The notes beneath the pieces are model-generated. The model searched no databases and was not told where the DNA came from. It worked only from the letters and a program-made list of their open reading frames with translations. DNA of 64,000 bases, from NCBI GenBank assembly GCA_963775685.1, contig CAVZJV010000014.1, positions 160,001-224,000 of the forward strand, written 5' to 3'. Of the stretch, positions 50,520-61,324 are shown in pieces (position 1 is the first letter of the stretch; every line of letters starts with the position of its first letter). Position numbers and translations under genes: made by a program. This DNA comes from Candidatus Bathyarchaeota archaeon (GTDB taxonomy: Archaea; Thermoproteota; Bathyarchaeia; Bathyarchaeales; Bathycorpusculaceae).

Positions 50520-51707
50520 TTAGGTTATGGTTTGGTTCCAGTAGAAGACTTCAGTATAATTCTTCAGCAATGAAGCAATCACTTTCGGGTCGTCATAGAG
50601 AATGTCAAAGCGGGAACCATACTTGACCGGGAGAACTATGTTTGTGTCGCTGAAAATTTTTGAAGATAGTTCATCTGGCGGTTTTAAACCCCAGATGGTA
50701 TCGGTGGCTCTTCGGAAGCCAAATCCGTAGTCTTTAGGCACTATGTAGGCGACTTCAGCTTTGTTTGAGCCTAAACTGGCGGGGTTACTGTGGAGTGTTT
50801 TCCAGAATTTTTGCAGCGCCTCAAAATGCTCATCCTGTAAGGTGCCATATTGGTTGTTAACCGGGTATGTCGGATAACTAAAGACTATTCCATACTTGAC
50901 TCCAGCACTGTAAGCTAACGATAGATCAGCATAAAGTTCATTTCCAGATTCAAGGTATGGGGAATGATTGTATTTCCAGTCAATTATGGCACCCCAATCC
51001 CGGTCTGAAGCTTGGGCGGCTCCCCTATCAAGTGCTATGATGCGTTCTCTGCTTTCATTGCCGACAAACTCAGCGTAGATTGAGGTATAGTTTGAATTGT
51101 AGTCAAACCAGAATAGTCCGTAGTCTGAAGTTGAGAGGTTAACATGGCCTAAATTTTTGTAAAAGTTTACCATGTAACTTAGGTTACCCACGTAGTTGTC
51201 TGCTATGGCGCTGTAGCTTGCATCAGGGCTGATTACGGTCTCGTTGATTAGTTGCGATGGCGTGTTATCTATTTGGTTTCCTCCAGGTTCATCATACTTA
51301 TAGATTTCTAGGAGCCTATCGCCGTACCTATCTTTTGCTTCAAACATCCACTGAACAATGTTATAAGTGTAGTAATTTCCGCCCGTGAATAAAATGATAA
51401 AGTTCAGTTTAGAATTATTGTAGATGAAATCGCATGCCTCATTCAAAGCCGTCTGGTTGAAAGTCAAGCTCACATCACCCATCACTAACAAGTTCGTGTA
51501 ATCCTTAACTCTGTTTACTAAAGCTTGAATTTGGGATATCTGGAATTCTGCAGTTTGGTTGTTACCATAAGCGTATTCGACGCCTACGTAGAATGGCCTC
51601 CCCGGAGTTTGGGTTTGGTCACTGAACGCGTTTAGGGCTATAATTAGCGATAAGACAATAAGCACAATGAGAATAGAGGCGAATACGACGGGAAGTTTGC
51701 GGTTCAA
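50520..51707 (-). CDS. hypothetical secreted/membrane-anchored protein (possible TIM-barrel glycoside hydrolase-like)
   Basis: N-terminal TM, FYVGV, YDEPGG, SDYGLFWFDY, PYLESG. Confidence 0.7.
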   Translation of the reverse strand: MNRKLPVVFASILIVLIVLSLIIALNAFSDQTQTPGRPFYVGVEYAYGNNQTAEFQISQIQALVNRVKDYTNLLVMGDVSLTFNQTALNEACDFIYNNSKLNFIILFTGGNYYTYNIVQWMFEAKDRYGDRLLEIYKYDEPGGNQIDNTPSQLINETVISPDASYSAIADNYVGNLSYMVNFYKNLGHVNLSTSDYGLFWFDYNSNYTSIYAEFVGNESRERIIALDRGAAQASDRDWGAIIDWKYNHSPYLESGNELYADLSLAYSAGVKYGIVFSYPTYPVNNQYGTLQDEHFEALQKFWKTLHSNPASLGSNKAEVAYIVPKDYGFGFRRATDTIWGLKPPDELSSKIFSDTNIVLPVKYGSRFDILYDDPKVIASLLKNYTEVFYWNQTIT

Positions 51708-51805
51708 GTCTGCTCAACCAATCGGAAAATAATCATTAGAAATAGTATTTAACGTTTGAAGTACCGCTAAGGAAAACAGGGAATGAAACCAATGCTTTCA
51801 GGAAT

Positions 51806-52246
51806 TTATCTGTCGTAACGACCTATTAATTCGCCCTTAGCAAGAATGTGCCCCTGCATGGCTTTCTCAAGGTCTCTTTTACTTGATTTGACGCTTAAAC
51901 CTAATTCTGTATCCAACGCATAAACCTTAAAGAAGTATCTATGAGTGCCTGAAGGTGGACATGGACCAGTATAACCCAGTTGCATTGAGCTATTCAGCCC
52001 TTCAGTTCCTGGAACCGAGTGCTCAGCTATTTTGGTTGTTGAGGGCGGAATGTTCCAAACTACCCAGTGGTCGTATGTTCCGCTGGGAGCATCGGGGTCA
52101 TCTATAATCAGCACTAGACTTTTAGTTTCTTTAGGCGTGCCTTCAAGTGTTATAGGTGGATTGATGTCTTCTCCGTCACAACTGTATTTTTTGGGGATTA
52201 AGCTGTTAGGTTGAAACTCCGGGCTTTTAATTGTGAGTTCTTTCAT
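51806..52246 (-). CDS. YbhB/YbcL (PEBP) family protein
   Basis: DDPDAP, HWVVWNIP, YTGPCPPSGTHRYFFKVYALD. Confidence 0.93.
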   Translation of the reverse strand: MKELTIKSPEFQPNSLIPKKYSCDGEDINPPITLEGTPKETKSLVLIIDDPDAPSGTYDHWVVWNIPPSTTKIAEHSVPGTEGLNSSMQLGYTGPCPPSGTHRYFFKVYALDTELGLSVKSSKRDLEKAMQGHILAKGELIGRYDR

Positions 52247-52860
52247 AAAAATCCTCAAAAAACAATGTTTTGTCGGCTAGATAAAGTTGATGAATAATAA
52301 GTTGTTACAACAAACAATTTTTAAAGTCGCTAAAGTTGGAGGGTTGTTTTAGCTGGACGCGTGTATTTTTGCTCCGCGGGTTCTGTCCTTATTGCACGTC
52401 CATTTTATATTCCCTTAGCTTCAGGCGCTGAAAACTCTGATTTGAAGGTGGAGCAACATAGGTTTCAGGTCTTCTTTTGTTCTTCTTGGCAAACCAACCT
52501 TTCTAAATTACTTTACGATTTGCGGCTGCAATCTATCTGCAATTATCGAAATGTAATGAAGTATTATTAAAGTGGAATTTTGGTGTTTAGAGGTTTCTTC
52601 TGGTCATTTCTCTGCGTTCAATCTGCCGTCTTTGGAGCTGAAATAAACTTGACGGGAATTGACCCGTCGCATTTAAGGGGAAACATGCTGTCATCTAAGC
52701 GCGAACTGGCAGTAAAGAAAGGTAGTTATCGTCTTTTCTTCTAAGTTGTTCCTTTCCCTCATTAACCAAAGTAGATTAACACACGCAAGTTAACGTTGTC
52801 TAATTATTTGTCTTTAAAGTTGAATGTTTTGTAAGCAAAAATATGAAGGGCTGTTCATTT

Positions 52861-54558
52861 TTAGGTTTCAGCATTTCGTATGAGTTCTGCAGCGCTGTTG
52901 ACGTTTACCTTGTAGAAGACGGCTGATATAACGGCGGCGATTACTGCACTGATCCCCAGAGATATGATGAGGTTTAGGTTGCTTACTGGACCAGTGGCAA
53001 ACAAGCCTGAGAGAAGGGCGCCTATGACATACGGCAGTAGTGGCGCTATGATTGCTAACCCCGCAATGGAGCATACTCCTAAGCTTATGAGTGACCATTT
53101 TTGGCGAATCATCCTTGCCCTTCGACTTGCAGTGAAATCGGCGCCTTTAAAACCGATTGCAAGACCAATTGAACCTAAAGCGAGAACCAAAAGGAAACCT
53201 TCTATGAAACCAGTAATTATTACTCTAATTGATGGGTGGTAGAATACACTTCCAACTATCACGGTTAGAAGAAGAATAAGTACTGAGAGAGAGATGAGGA
53301 AGAACAACTTGCTTTTTACGAGGTTTTTGGGGGAAATGGGTGAAGCGTAGATTCTCCACACCGCTTGCCCTTCTTCCCCAATCAGCATGTTCCCCAGTGA
53401 CATAGCCATGATGGAAGCAGGCAACAGAAAGGTCATGCCTAAAAAGAGTAGGTTGATTTCACCCGGTGTGTTTGGGTTGCTTGTGATGCCTATTGATTGC
53501 ATTATTGGTATTATTATAAAGACGATAGGTACGATGAATATGCTGATGAGTTCTCGACGTCTGGTGAATGCTCGAGTGTCTTTGTTTATGAGTGCTACTT
53601 CTGCGCTTGAGAATCCAATTTTTCCCAGAATACCGATTTTTGGCGCGTAAATAGTGCCGCTTTTTTGAACAGTGATAGCTGGAGGCTCATATAATCCAAA
53701 ACGCTTGTTTAATGAGATGGCAAGATAGTAAATACCTGCTATGAATAATGACGATAAAGCAACAAACACGAATCCCTGAACGAATACACCACTCAAGAGG
53801 TAAAAGAGGGTAACGCCAAGCCAGACGAAGGGTATGAACCAAACGGTGTTTTGGGCTTGTGCTAAACCCTGCACGAAGGCAGCCGTCCCTTGCGTGAGGG
53901 AGAAATATATTATGTAGAATACCAGGAAAAACGCCAAGGTTCCGATGAATCTTACCCAGACAGCGGCTTTGCCGCTTGATTTGTAAACTGCACCTGTAAA
54001 GCGAACTTGGACGATACGTAGAATTTCTGTAGTGGAACTTGCCATAAACGCTGCGGCAAATAGCGCAAGCGTCGTTAACAATGCAGGCACGATTAAGCCG
54101 TTGAAAGCTGAGAAAGCAATAACTCCAGAGGCAAACGCTATCACTGTTGCAAGGGGAATTCCAAACAGATTAGCTAGAATCGAAGCTAACGTGTGTTCCT
54201 GCCATGTTAAAGGTAACCAGTACATTATTTGCCTAGTTGCTTTAACTCCTGCTAACTGGATTTGCTGCAGCATGGTTAGGACTACGCTTAAGATAAGAAT
54301 GAGTGTCGGCAAGGAAACAAAAAAGCTAAGGGCTGAGTTAGATAACGAAGGCAAACCGGGGACCTCGCCACTTGAGTAGATCGCCGACACTGCCCAATTA
54401 GCTAGTAAACCGCCGACAACGCCGATGATGGCTGCAACCCAATATGGCCAATAAGCCAGAATGCCGCTTTCGCGGTATCTCGTGGTTTTTACACCTCGAA
54501 TTAGCCTGCCTGATTTTCTTTCTACGCGTAACAGGTAGAGGACATTTTTCCAGTTCAT
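52861..54558 (-). CDS. ABC transporter permease (large multi-TM)
   Basis: Many TM helices; overlaps the upstream ATPase stop (ATGA). Confidence 0.8.
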   Translation of the reverse strand: MNWKNVLYLLRVERKSGRLIRGVKTTRYRESGILAYWPYWVAAIIGVVGGLLANWAVSAIYSSGEVPGLPSLSNSALSFFVSLPTLILILSVVLTMLQQIQLAGVKATRQIMYWLPLTWQEHTLASILANLFGIPLATVIAFASGVIAFSAFNGLIVPALLTTLALFAAAFMASSTTEILRIVQVRFTGAVYKSSGKAAVWVRFIGTLAFFLVFYIIYFSLTQGTAAFVQGLAQAQNTVWFIPFVWLGVTLFYLLSGVFVQGFVFVALSSLFIAGIYYLAISLNKRFGLYEPPAITVQKSGTIYAPKIGILGKIGFSSAEVALINKDTRAFTRRRELISIFIVPIVFIIIPIMQSIGITSNPNTPGEINLLFLGMTFLLPASIMAMSLGNMLIGEEGQAVWRIYASPISPKNLVKSKLFFLISLSVLILLLTVIVGSVFYHPSIRVIITGFIEGFLLVLALGSIGLAIGFKGADFTASRRARMIRQKWSLISLGVCSIAGLAIIAPLLPYVIGALLSGLFATGPVSNLNLIISLGISAVIAAVISAVFYKVNVNSAAELIRNAET

Positions 54559-55328
54559 TTCAGTAGTTCCTCAACAACAGGTTTTAGGTCGCCCGTTCCA
54601 GTGAGTTTGAGGAATATATCTTCTAAACCTGAACCCGGCAAACTTGCTTTTTCTCGGAGTTCGCCCATATTGCCTAAGGCTAAGATGTTCCCTTGATACA
54701 TTATGGCTATACGGTCACATACTGCTTCCGCGATTTCCAAAACATGTGTTGAGAGTATTGTGGTTACTCCTTGTGTTTTGAGTTGGTTAAGGTAGTCTTT
54801 GATTATTCTGGCGCTTCGAGGGTCAAGTGCGTTTAGGGGTTCGTCTAAAATTAGCAATTTAGGTTTGTGCAAAAAAGCAGAAATAAGGCTGATTTTCTTT
54901 TTCATGCCATCTGAGTAACTGTTTATCATGTCGCCTTCTCGGCCTTCGAGCTGGAGCGCTTTCAAGTATTCGGTTATACGTTTCTGCTTCTCAGTTGATG
55001 ATATGCCGTATATGTCGGCGATGAAGTCCAAGTATTCGAGTCCTGTCAAAAACTCGTAAACGTCAGGTGATTCAGGAACGTAGCCTACTTGCCTTTTAAT
55101 TGCGACGGGGTCTTTCTGTACATCTATGCCTAAGACGTTAACTGAGCCTGCAGTTGGCTGAAGCAAACCCAGCAACATCTTAAGGGTCGTGGATTTTCCC
55201 GAACCGTTAGGTCCCAAAAGCGCAAAGATTTCACCCGTGTTTATGGTTAGGTTCATGTTGTTTACAGCTACTATTTCGTTGTAGCGTTTGGTAACGCCAC
55301 GGATATCAACTGCATACGGACTGCTCAT
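54555..55328 (-). CDS. ABC transporter ATP-binding protein
   Basis: GPNGSGKST, YSDGMKKK, ILDEP, STH. Confidence 0.93.
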   Translation of the reverse strand: MSSPYAVDIRGVTKRYNEIVAVNNMNLTINTGEIFALLGPNGSGKSTTLKMLLGLLQPTAGSVNVLGIDVQKDPVAIKRQVGYVPESPDVYEFLTGLEYLDFIADIYGISSTEKQKRITEYLKALQLEGREGDMINSYSDGMKKKISLISAFLHKPKLLILDEPLNALDPRSARIIKDYLNQLKTQGVTTILSTHVLEIAEAVCDRIAIMYQGNILALGNMGELREKASLPGSGLEDIFLKLTGTGDLKPVVEELLK

Positions 55329-55737
55329 GTTATCGAAGCCCCAAATGCAAATAGAAAAGCCTCGATATTTAAGGTTAATGCGTAGGCTAAACGGGGTTTT
55401 AGTTATTTTTTTTTAAACAATTTTTTTCCAACGAAAAAAAAGAAAAAGGCGAAAAATTGATAAGAGACCTTTTAAAGCTATCTCTTTTTTCCGGTCCAAT
55501 GAGGATCTTAAAACTCTTCTATCCTCTCTTCGCAAACCAGGGTAAAGGCAAGGCGTTTGATTTGGTGATTTGCGGGCGAACACCTGACGTTCAAGACTGC
55601 ACAGTATCTGTAGTTTGTACAAAGGCGATGGTTTAGGCTTAATCGTAGAACTTCCAGCGCTATGGAGAATTGTTTGGATTGAGCCAAATAAACCTTAAAT
55701 CTTGCTTTCTTTCATTTGCTCAAGAGAAAAATCCAGA

Positions 55738-56727
55738 ATGACATTTGTAATTCAAACTCGCCAACTAACAAAAGTCTATAATTCGATCAAGGCAGTTGAT
55801 GACCTCAACATTAATGTTGAAACTGGCGAAATTTTCGGATTGCTTGGTCCAAACGGAGCAGGAAAAACAACAGCCATTTCTATGCTTTGCACTATTCTTA
55901 GGCCTTCTTCAGGGACAGCTACAGTGAGTGGATTTGATATTGTTCGGGAAGCCAACAAAGTTCGAAAATCCATAGGCATAGTTTTCCAGGAACCCAGTGT
56001 CGACGACCGCTTGACAGGCCGAGAAAACCTCTACATGCATGCAAACCTTTATGGTGTCCATGCTTCTGAGCAGAGAGAGCGTATAAATCATGTGTTAAAA
56101 CTCGTCGAACTTGAGGACCGGGCAGATACTTTGTTGCGCACCTACTCGGGCGGTATGCGTCGCAGGCTTGAGCTCGGTCGAGGCTTGATTCATTATCCTA
56201 AAGTGCTATTTTTAGATGAGCCAACGGTTGGATTAGACCCTCAAACAAGAGACCACATTTGGAAATACATTAAAGAACTAAAGGATGCTCAAGACATCAC
56301 CGTGGTTTTAACGACACATTACATGGATGAAGCAGATAGGCTCTCCGACCGCATTGCTATAATGGACCATGGCCAAATCATAGTTTTAGATTCACCATCA
56401 AAACTCAAGGAAACTCTCGAAGGCGACGTAATAATTGTAAGAGCAAACAACCTCAAAGAACTCTCAGAACTCATCAAGTCCTCATTAGGGCAAAATCAAA
56501 CCCAGATAATCGATGGGGCCTTGGAGATTACGGTTCGCAACGGAAAAGCAGTAATGCCCCGAATCATGGAGATAGCTACCCAAAACAACATTTACGTTGA
56601 GTCGTTACTTTTACGTGAACCAAACCTCGAAGACGTGTTCCTCCATTACACTGGCAAAACAATTCGTCACGACACAACCAGAGAACTGCATGGTTTTGCT
56701 GCAATCCAAAGGAGAGGAATAAAATGA
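55738..56727 (+). CDS. ABC transporter ATP-binding protein (DrrA-like)
   Basis: GPNGAGKTT, YSGGMRRRL, FLDEPTVGLDP, TTHYMDEA. Confidence 0.93.
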   Translation: MTFVIQTRQLTKVYNSIKAVDDLNINVETGEIFGLLGPNGAGKTTAISMLCTILRPSSGTATVSGFDIVREANKVRKSIGIVFQEPSVDDRLTGRENLYMHANLYGVHASEQRERINHVLKLVELEDRADTLLRTYSGGMRRRLELGRGLIHYPKVLFLDEPTVGLDPQTRDHIWKYIKELKDAQDITVVLTTHYMDEADRLSDRIAIMDHGQIIVLDSPSKLKETLEGDVIIVRANNLKELSELIKSSLGQNQTQIIDGALEITVRNGKAVMPRIMEIATQNNIYVESLLLREPNLEDVFLHYTGKTIRHDTTRELHGFAAIQRRGIK

Positions 56728-57497
56728 GTGAAATTCGCGGAATCTACACCCTTTGGCTTAGGGAGCTTAAGCGGTTCATGCGAGATAGGACACGGCTGAT
56801 TAGCATGTTCGTTCAACCATTGCTTTGGCTGCTAATATTTGGTGCAGGATTCGGTTTGCGGTTTACTATTCCAGGGTTAAGCTACCAGCAAGTGATTTTT
56901 CCAGGAATTATTGCGCAAACACTGCTTTTTACGTCCATGTTTATGGGCATAAGCGTTATTTGGGATAAAGAATTCGGGTTTATGAAAGAAATTCTTGTTT
57001 CTCCTGTCTCGCGCTTCAGCATTTTTCTGGGAAAAATGTTGGGCGATAGCTCGTCGGCATTTCTTCAAGGAATAATAGTTTTGTTCGTCGGAATCGCATT
57101 AGGTATATCGATTGACCCCATAACTTTCCTGTACGCGCTGCCAATTATGGTTTTAATTACGTTCGGTTTAGTCAGTATCGGCTTAACAATCGCCAGCTTC
57201 ATGGGAAGCTTGGAAAGTTTCGGAGCTATTCAGACCTTCATTAATTTGCCCTTGTTCTTTTTGAGCGGCGCATTGTTTCCCCTTAAGGGACCAGGAATAA
57301 ACCTTCCTAATTGGCTAACAACCGTCGCCGCATGGAACCCACTAACTTACGGTGTTGACGCTTTAAGAAGTTTAATTTTAGGCTCAGCATGGACGCCTCT
57401 TCAAATTCAGCCCGTATGGATGGACATAGGAATTATCGCATTGTTTGATGTAATAATGATCGCAGTTGGAACTTGGGCGTTCAGCAAAATGAAGTAA
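56724..57497 (+). CDS. ABC-2 type permease (DrrB-like)
   Basis: DKEFGFMKEILVSP, FFLSGALFP, NPLTYGVDALR. Confidence 0.92.
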   Translation: MSEIRGIYTLWLRELKRFMRDRTRLISMFVQPLLWLLIFGAGFGLRFTIPGLSYQQVIFPGIIAQTLLFTSMFMGISVIWDKEFGFMKEILVSPVSRFSIFLGKMLGDSSSAFLQGIIVLFVGIALGISIDPITFLYALPIMVLITFGLVSIGLTIASFMGSLESFGAIQTFINLPLFFLSGALFPLKGPGINLPNWLTTVAAWNPLTYGVDALRSLILGSAWTPLQIQPVWMDIGIIALFDVIMIAVGTWAFSKMK

Positions 57498-57561
57498 CGC
57501 ATTTTTTGGCGTTTTCTAACATTTATTTCAAATGAAAAGAAGCGGAAAGATGAAGAAATTC

Positions 57562-57846
57562 TCACTTATTGGTCATTTCATTGATTTGTTGCTCCATCGC
57601 ATGTCCACGGCAGAAAACAACGGCTTTTTTTACGCCTGGAACCGACTTTGCAGCGTCGCGTAAATCTGCTGAAAGCTTGAATGCGATAGGACAAAATGGG
57701 CTGGTGGGAACGAATTCAACGGTTACTGATCCCGGTTCGGTTTCCTTTACGCTTTGAATCATCTGCATTTCCTCGAAGCTTTGCCCTGTCTCGGGATCTA
57801 GCACTTTGCCAACTTCCACACGCACTTTATCTTCAAGTTCAGTCAT
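57562..57846 (-). CDS. DUF59/MIP18 Fe-S assembly protein
   Basis: VLDPETG, PTSPFCPIA. Confidence 0.85.
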   Translation of the reverse strand: MTELEDKVRVEVGKVLDPETGQSFEEMQMIQSVKETEPGSVTVEFVPTSPFCPIAFKLSADLRDAAKSVPGVKKAVVFCRGHAMEQQINEMTNK

Positions 57847-57936
57847 TTTTTAAACCTCTCAATACGTGAAAGAATAAGAAGATTAAAAGGCATATAAACC
57901 GATTGATAAAGTCAAAATGCCTTCAAGAGGCTCAAT

Positions 57937-58356
57937 ATGTCGTTCGATGAATCTTGCATATTCTGCAAAATAGTCAAAAGACAAGCATCTTCAAGCATCG
58001 TCTATGAGGACGAAGCAGTAATGGTTTTCCTTGACATAAGACCCTTAAACAAGGGACATACCCTTGTTATACCCAAAGCTCACTACGCAGACATCTTTGA
58101 TATCCCTGAAGAGTTGCTCAGCAAGATCCATAAGGCTTCAAAGCAAATTGCCCTCGCAGTCAAAAAAGCCACTGGTGCTGATGGCATCAGCATCATCCAG
58201 CAGAATGGTAAAGCTGCTGGGCAAGATATATTCCACATACATGTCCATGTAGTTCCGAGGTTTGAGGGGCAAAAACTGCCGCCTTTTAGTGAGCTTAAAG
58301 AAGTAGAAAGAGTTAAGTTAGATGTTATGGCAAAGATGATAAAACAGCATCTCTAA
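57937..58356 (+). CDS. HIT family hydrolase
   Basis: CIFCKI, GHTLVIPK, AGQDIFHIHVHVVPR. Confidence 0.95.
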   Translation: MSFDESCIFCKIVKRQASSSIVYEDEAVMVFLDIRPLNKGHTLVIPKAHYADIFDIPEELLSKIHKASKQIALAVKKATGADGISIIQQNGKAAGQDIFHIHVHVVPRFEGQKLPPFSELKEVERVKLDVMAKMIKQHL

Positions 58357-58417
58357 AAAGAAATCCTTGAATATATATTTTAAAAAGGGAGGGCGCCTGC
58401 AAGATTTTCAGGCTTTT

Positions 58418-58860
58418 TTATATTGGTTTTTCCGTGACCGCCATCTTGGGCATCAAAACTTTATCTATGGCGTGGCAAACGCTGTTATCCACGACTAAAT
58501 CTGGTTTAATTATGTTTGCACCCTTAACCTTCATGTTCCTATGCGATGCCAACTCTTCGAGTCTATCCTGAGTTCTCCACCTGAAACTGCCTGCAAATAC
58601 TCATGCTTAGCCAAATCAGATGCCATAAGCTTACCTTCAACCACATGAAAAGTTAAAACTTCTTTTAGTTTATCAGTGTTTTTAAGCAGCATGTTGAATT
58701 CGTTTTTGGGTATTTGAGCAAAAGCATCATCGGTTGGCGCAAAAACTGTGAATGGACCTGGACTTTTTAGGGTATCGACTAATCCTGCAGCCATTACAGC
58801 TTTCACAAGAGTGCTAAACATACCTGAGGCGATTGCGGTATCAATCTGGCTAAATTTCAC
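58418..58860 (-). CDS. fasciclin (FAS1) domain protein, frameshift ~58540
   Basis: FSTLVKAV.AAGLVDTL..PGPFTVFAPTDDAF, FHVV; tail KVKGANIIKPDL..NSVCHAIDKVLMP in another frame. Confidence 0.85.
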
Positions 58861-59059
58861 CTCCGCTATGCAAATTCTTGAAAAACCCTATTAATACAAA
58901 GAAACAAGACATACTATCAAAGTTGCTAAAACGTAAAAGCCAATTTGCGAACCCAATCCGGTATCTCATTTCGTATCTTGTTTGGTTTGTTTGTTAATTA
59001 CGTTGTTTGCTTTTTCAAGAATAGTTAAATTGGTTGTTGCTCCCGTTTAATCAACATCT

Positions 59060-60214
59060 TTGAGGTTGTTTAAGAAAAACATGGTTTTTCGACCAAAGGT
59101 AAAGTTGCACAGCATGACTTACATAATTATGGTTGCGGCAGTAGCATTTGCTGTTGCTTTGTTTGCGACGCCTGTCTTTTCGTTGTCTTCAAACCAGTGC
59201 AGTTCATGCCACGGCTCAACATACAATCAACAATTAGATATCTTGGAAGGCAACAGCCAAAATATACTCCCCTCGACAATAATGGTGGGGCAGACAGCAT
59301 CCGTTGCCGTGGCTATACAAAACATAAACAACGCTCCACCACTATACAATCAGTTTTCAAGCGTTACTGCAACACTAAGTTCTCAGAGTGGCCATTTTTC
59401 AGTCAGCAACCCAAACTTTAACATAGGCAAAATGCCCACAGGTACATCTATCGCAACTTGGCAAATAACAGGTGTTTCGCAAGGGTCTGATGTGTTCTTA
59501 ATTTCATCTTCCGCTAAAACTATCCATGAGAATCTTCATTTTTCAGACGTTTACTCACCTAGCCTATCGATAACCATCACTTTTAATCCCGATCTGACAC
59601 CTACCCCAACTCCAGCTCCAACAACAATTCCAACATCCACACCCATGCCTTCTCCAACCCCCCCGTCACCCTCCAACCCAACCGCCAAACATACGCCTAC
59701 ACAAACTCAAACACCAACACAACAACCCACAAACTCCCCATACACCCAAACCCCAACACCAACTTCAAACTCAAACCCATCTGCAACGCCAATTACCCAG
59801 TCGCCAAGTCCGACATCATACTCACATTCCCTTGACTCCCAGATGTTTTACATTCATCCACCAATAGCGATTTTCGGTTATGTGCTCATCTTTCTATTTG
59901 CGTTTCTTGTGCTAAAGAAAAACTACTTGGAAAGACGAATAACAAAGATAACGGGCATGGGGTTATGGCTCTTCACTCTACTTGGCTTACTCACTGGCAT
60001 GTTATGGGCACAACTTGCCTGGGGAAGCTACTGGTCGTGGGGCCTAAAAGAAACCCTGACACTGGTACTGTTCTTAACAGCATCCGTTGGGCAAGTTGCA
60101 TTCTTCGAAAAGAAATTCGACACTGCAAAATGGGTTGCGGTCTTCTGCTGTATACTAGTTATCATAACTGGGCTAAGCAGCTTTATCATCGCAGGACTCC
60201 ACTCTTACACCTAA
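59060..60214 (+). CDS. CxxCH-containing exported domain fused via Pro/Thr linker to a cytochrome c assembly (CcsA/CcmC-like) membrane domain
   Basis: Signal peptide, CSSCH (59198-59212), Pro/Thr linker, IHPP, WAQLAWGSYWSWGLKET, terminal GLHSY. Confidence 0.75.
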   Translation: MRLFKKNMVFRPKVKLHSMTYIIMVAAVAFAVALFATPVFSLSSNQCSSCHGSTYNQQLDILEGNSQNILPSTIMVGQTASVAVAIQNINNAPPLYNQFSSVTATLSSQSGHFSVSNPNFNIGKMPTGTSIATWQITGVSQGSDVFLISSSAKTIHENLHFSDVYSPSLSITITFNPDLTPTPTPAPTTIPTSTPMPSPTPPSPSNPTAKHTPTQTQTPTQQPTNSPYTQTPTPTSNSNPSATPITQSPSPTSYSHSLDSQMFYIHPPIAIFGYVLIFLFAFLVLKKNYLERRITKITGMGLWLFTLLGLLTGMLWAQLAWGSYWSWGLKETLTLVLFLTASVGQVAFFEKKFDTAKWVAVFCCILVIITGLSSFIIAGLHSYT

Positions 60215-60232
60215 AACCTATCCCTTTTTTTC

Positions 60233-61315
60233 TTAGGGGCTAAGCGCTGTTTGAGTGACACTTAGAATTATAAATTCTGCCGGTTTAGTTGCTGCCACAC
60301 CGACAAGAACGATCAATCGCCCGTCATCAATATCTGACTGGCTCATCGTTGTCCGATCACATTTGACAAAATACGCCTCTTGCGGGGAGCTGCCCATTAG
60401 CATGCCGTTTTTCCATGTTAGCATTAGAAAATTCTCGGTTAAGGCTTTCACTTTAGCCCAAGTCGCCTCGTTGTTTGGTTCAAAGATTGTCCATGTCCGT
60501 TCCCTTCTTGATTGAATGCTCAAGATAGATAAGCAGCCTGCGGAAACTGACGTATTTTGATAGGGGATCACTGGATAATGTCTTAGCACCCCAAACCCGG
60601 ATGCCTCTACCCTGAAAGCTGCGGAATGCAGTTGACGCCTTGGGGGATAAGGATGTCCTGTTGCCTGCTGCTCAATGTACACTCTATATCCACAGCGCCC
60701 TTGACTACCTCGTTTGCGGGTGCCTTTTGAACGCCTACTTCAAGGTCAGTTCTAGCATAGATTCCTGCAACATAGCCCCCTGGCGGAACTAGACAATATC
60801 TGTCCCGTTCCTGATTGTTTCACGTAAATCCATGGGTAGTATAACGCGGCAAAGGTTGATTCCTTTGGTTTAGTTATTCTTGAAGAGTTCTCGCCTTTGA
60901 CCGAATCTAAAATCGCAAACCGATACCTTAACGATTCACAATGCCCAATCAACAACTCCACAAGTCCAGGCGAGGCTTGGGTATTTGGAGAATAAATAAT
61001 TGAAACATCCTCAACTACTTCGAGCTTAGCAAGAGCACCCGCATAATCCGTGGCCGTTATTCTGCAAACGTAACATCTTTGACCACCATTGAGAAAGAAA
61101 CCCTCAATCGCATAAGGTAGATATTTGTCTTCGCCGAAATAGCCTCCAAATACCCTCTGATATTCAGCAAAACTAGTAACGAGTGTTGGCATTTTTGGTC
61201 CTGTTTCTGCTTCACCTAAAAACGCAGCGGTGCTTGTACTTACACCTTCGATTGGCTGAGGCTGAATCCTGATGTTTTGTACAAATACGCCTGGTTTTAT
61301 GGTGATGCGGCTCAT
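60233..61315 (-). CDS. contractile tail sheath protein (eCIS/Afp-like), about three frameshifts
   Basis: PGVFVQ..PIEGVSTSTAAFLG, FFLNGG, ALYYPW, VPPGGYVAGIYARTD..KAPANE, GIRVWGAKT, FEPNN, AYFVKCD, KPAEFI across frames. Confidence 0.85.
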
Positions 61316-61324
61316 TAGATAAGA

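Noticed and set aside
55499-55588. Possible C/D box sRNA (atgagga...ctga)
   Set aside because: Imperfect C box, no convincing C'/D' boxes, and too long for a typical archaeal guide
59595-59820. C/A-rich quasi-repeat
   Set aside because: Explained by codons of the Pro/Thr linker
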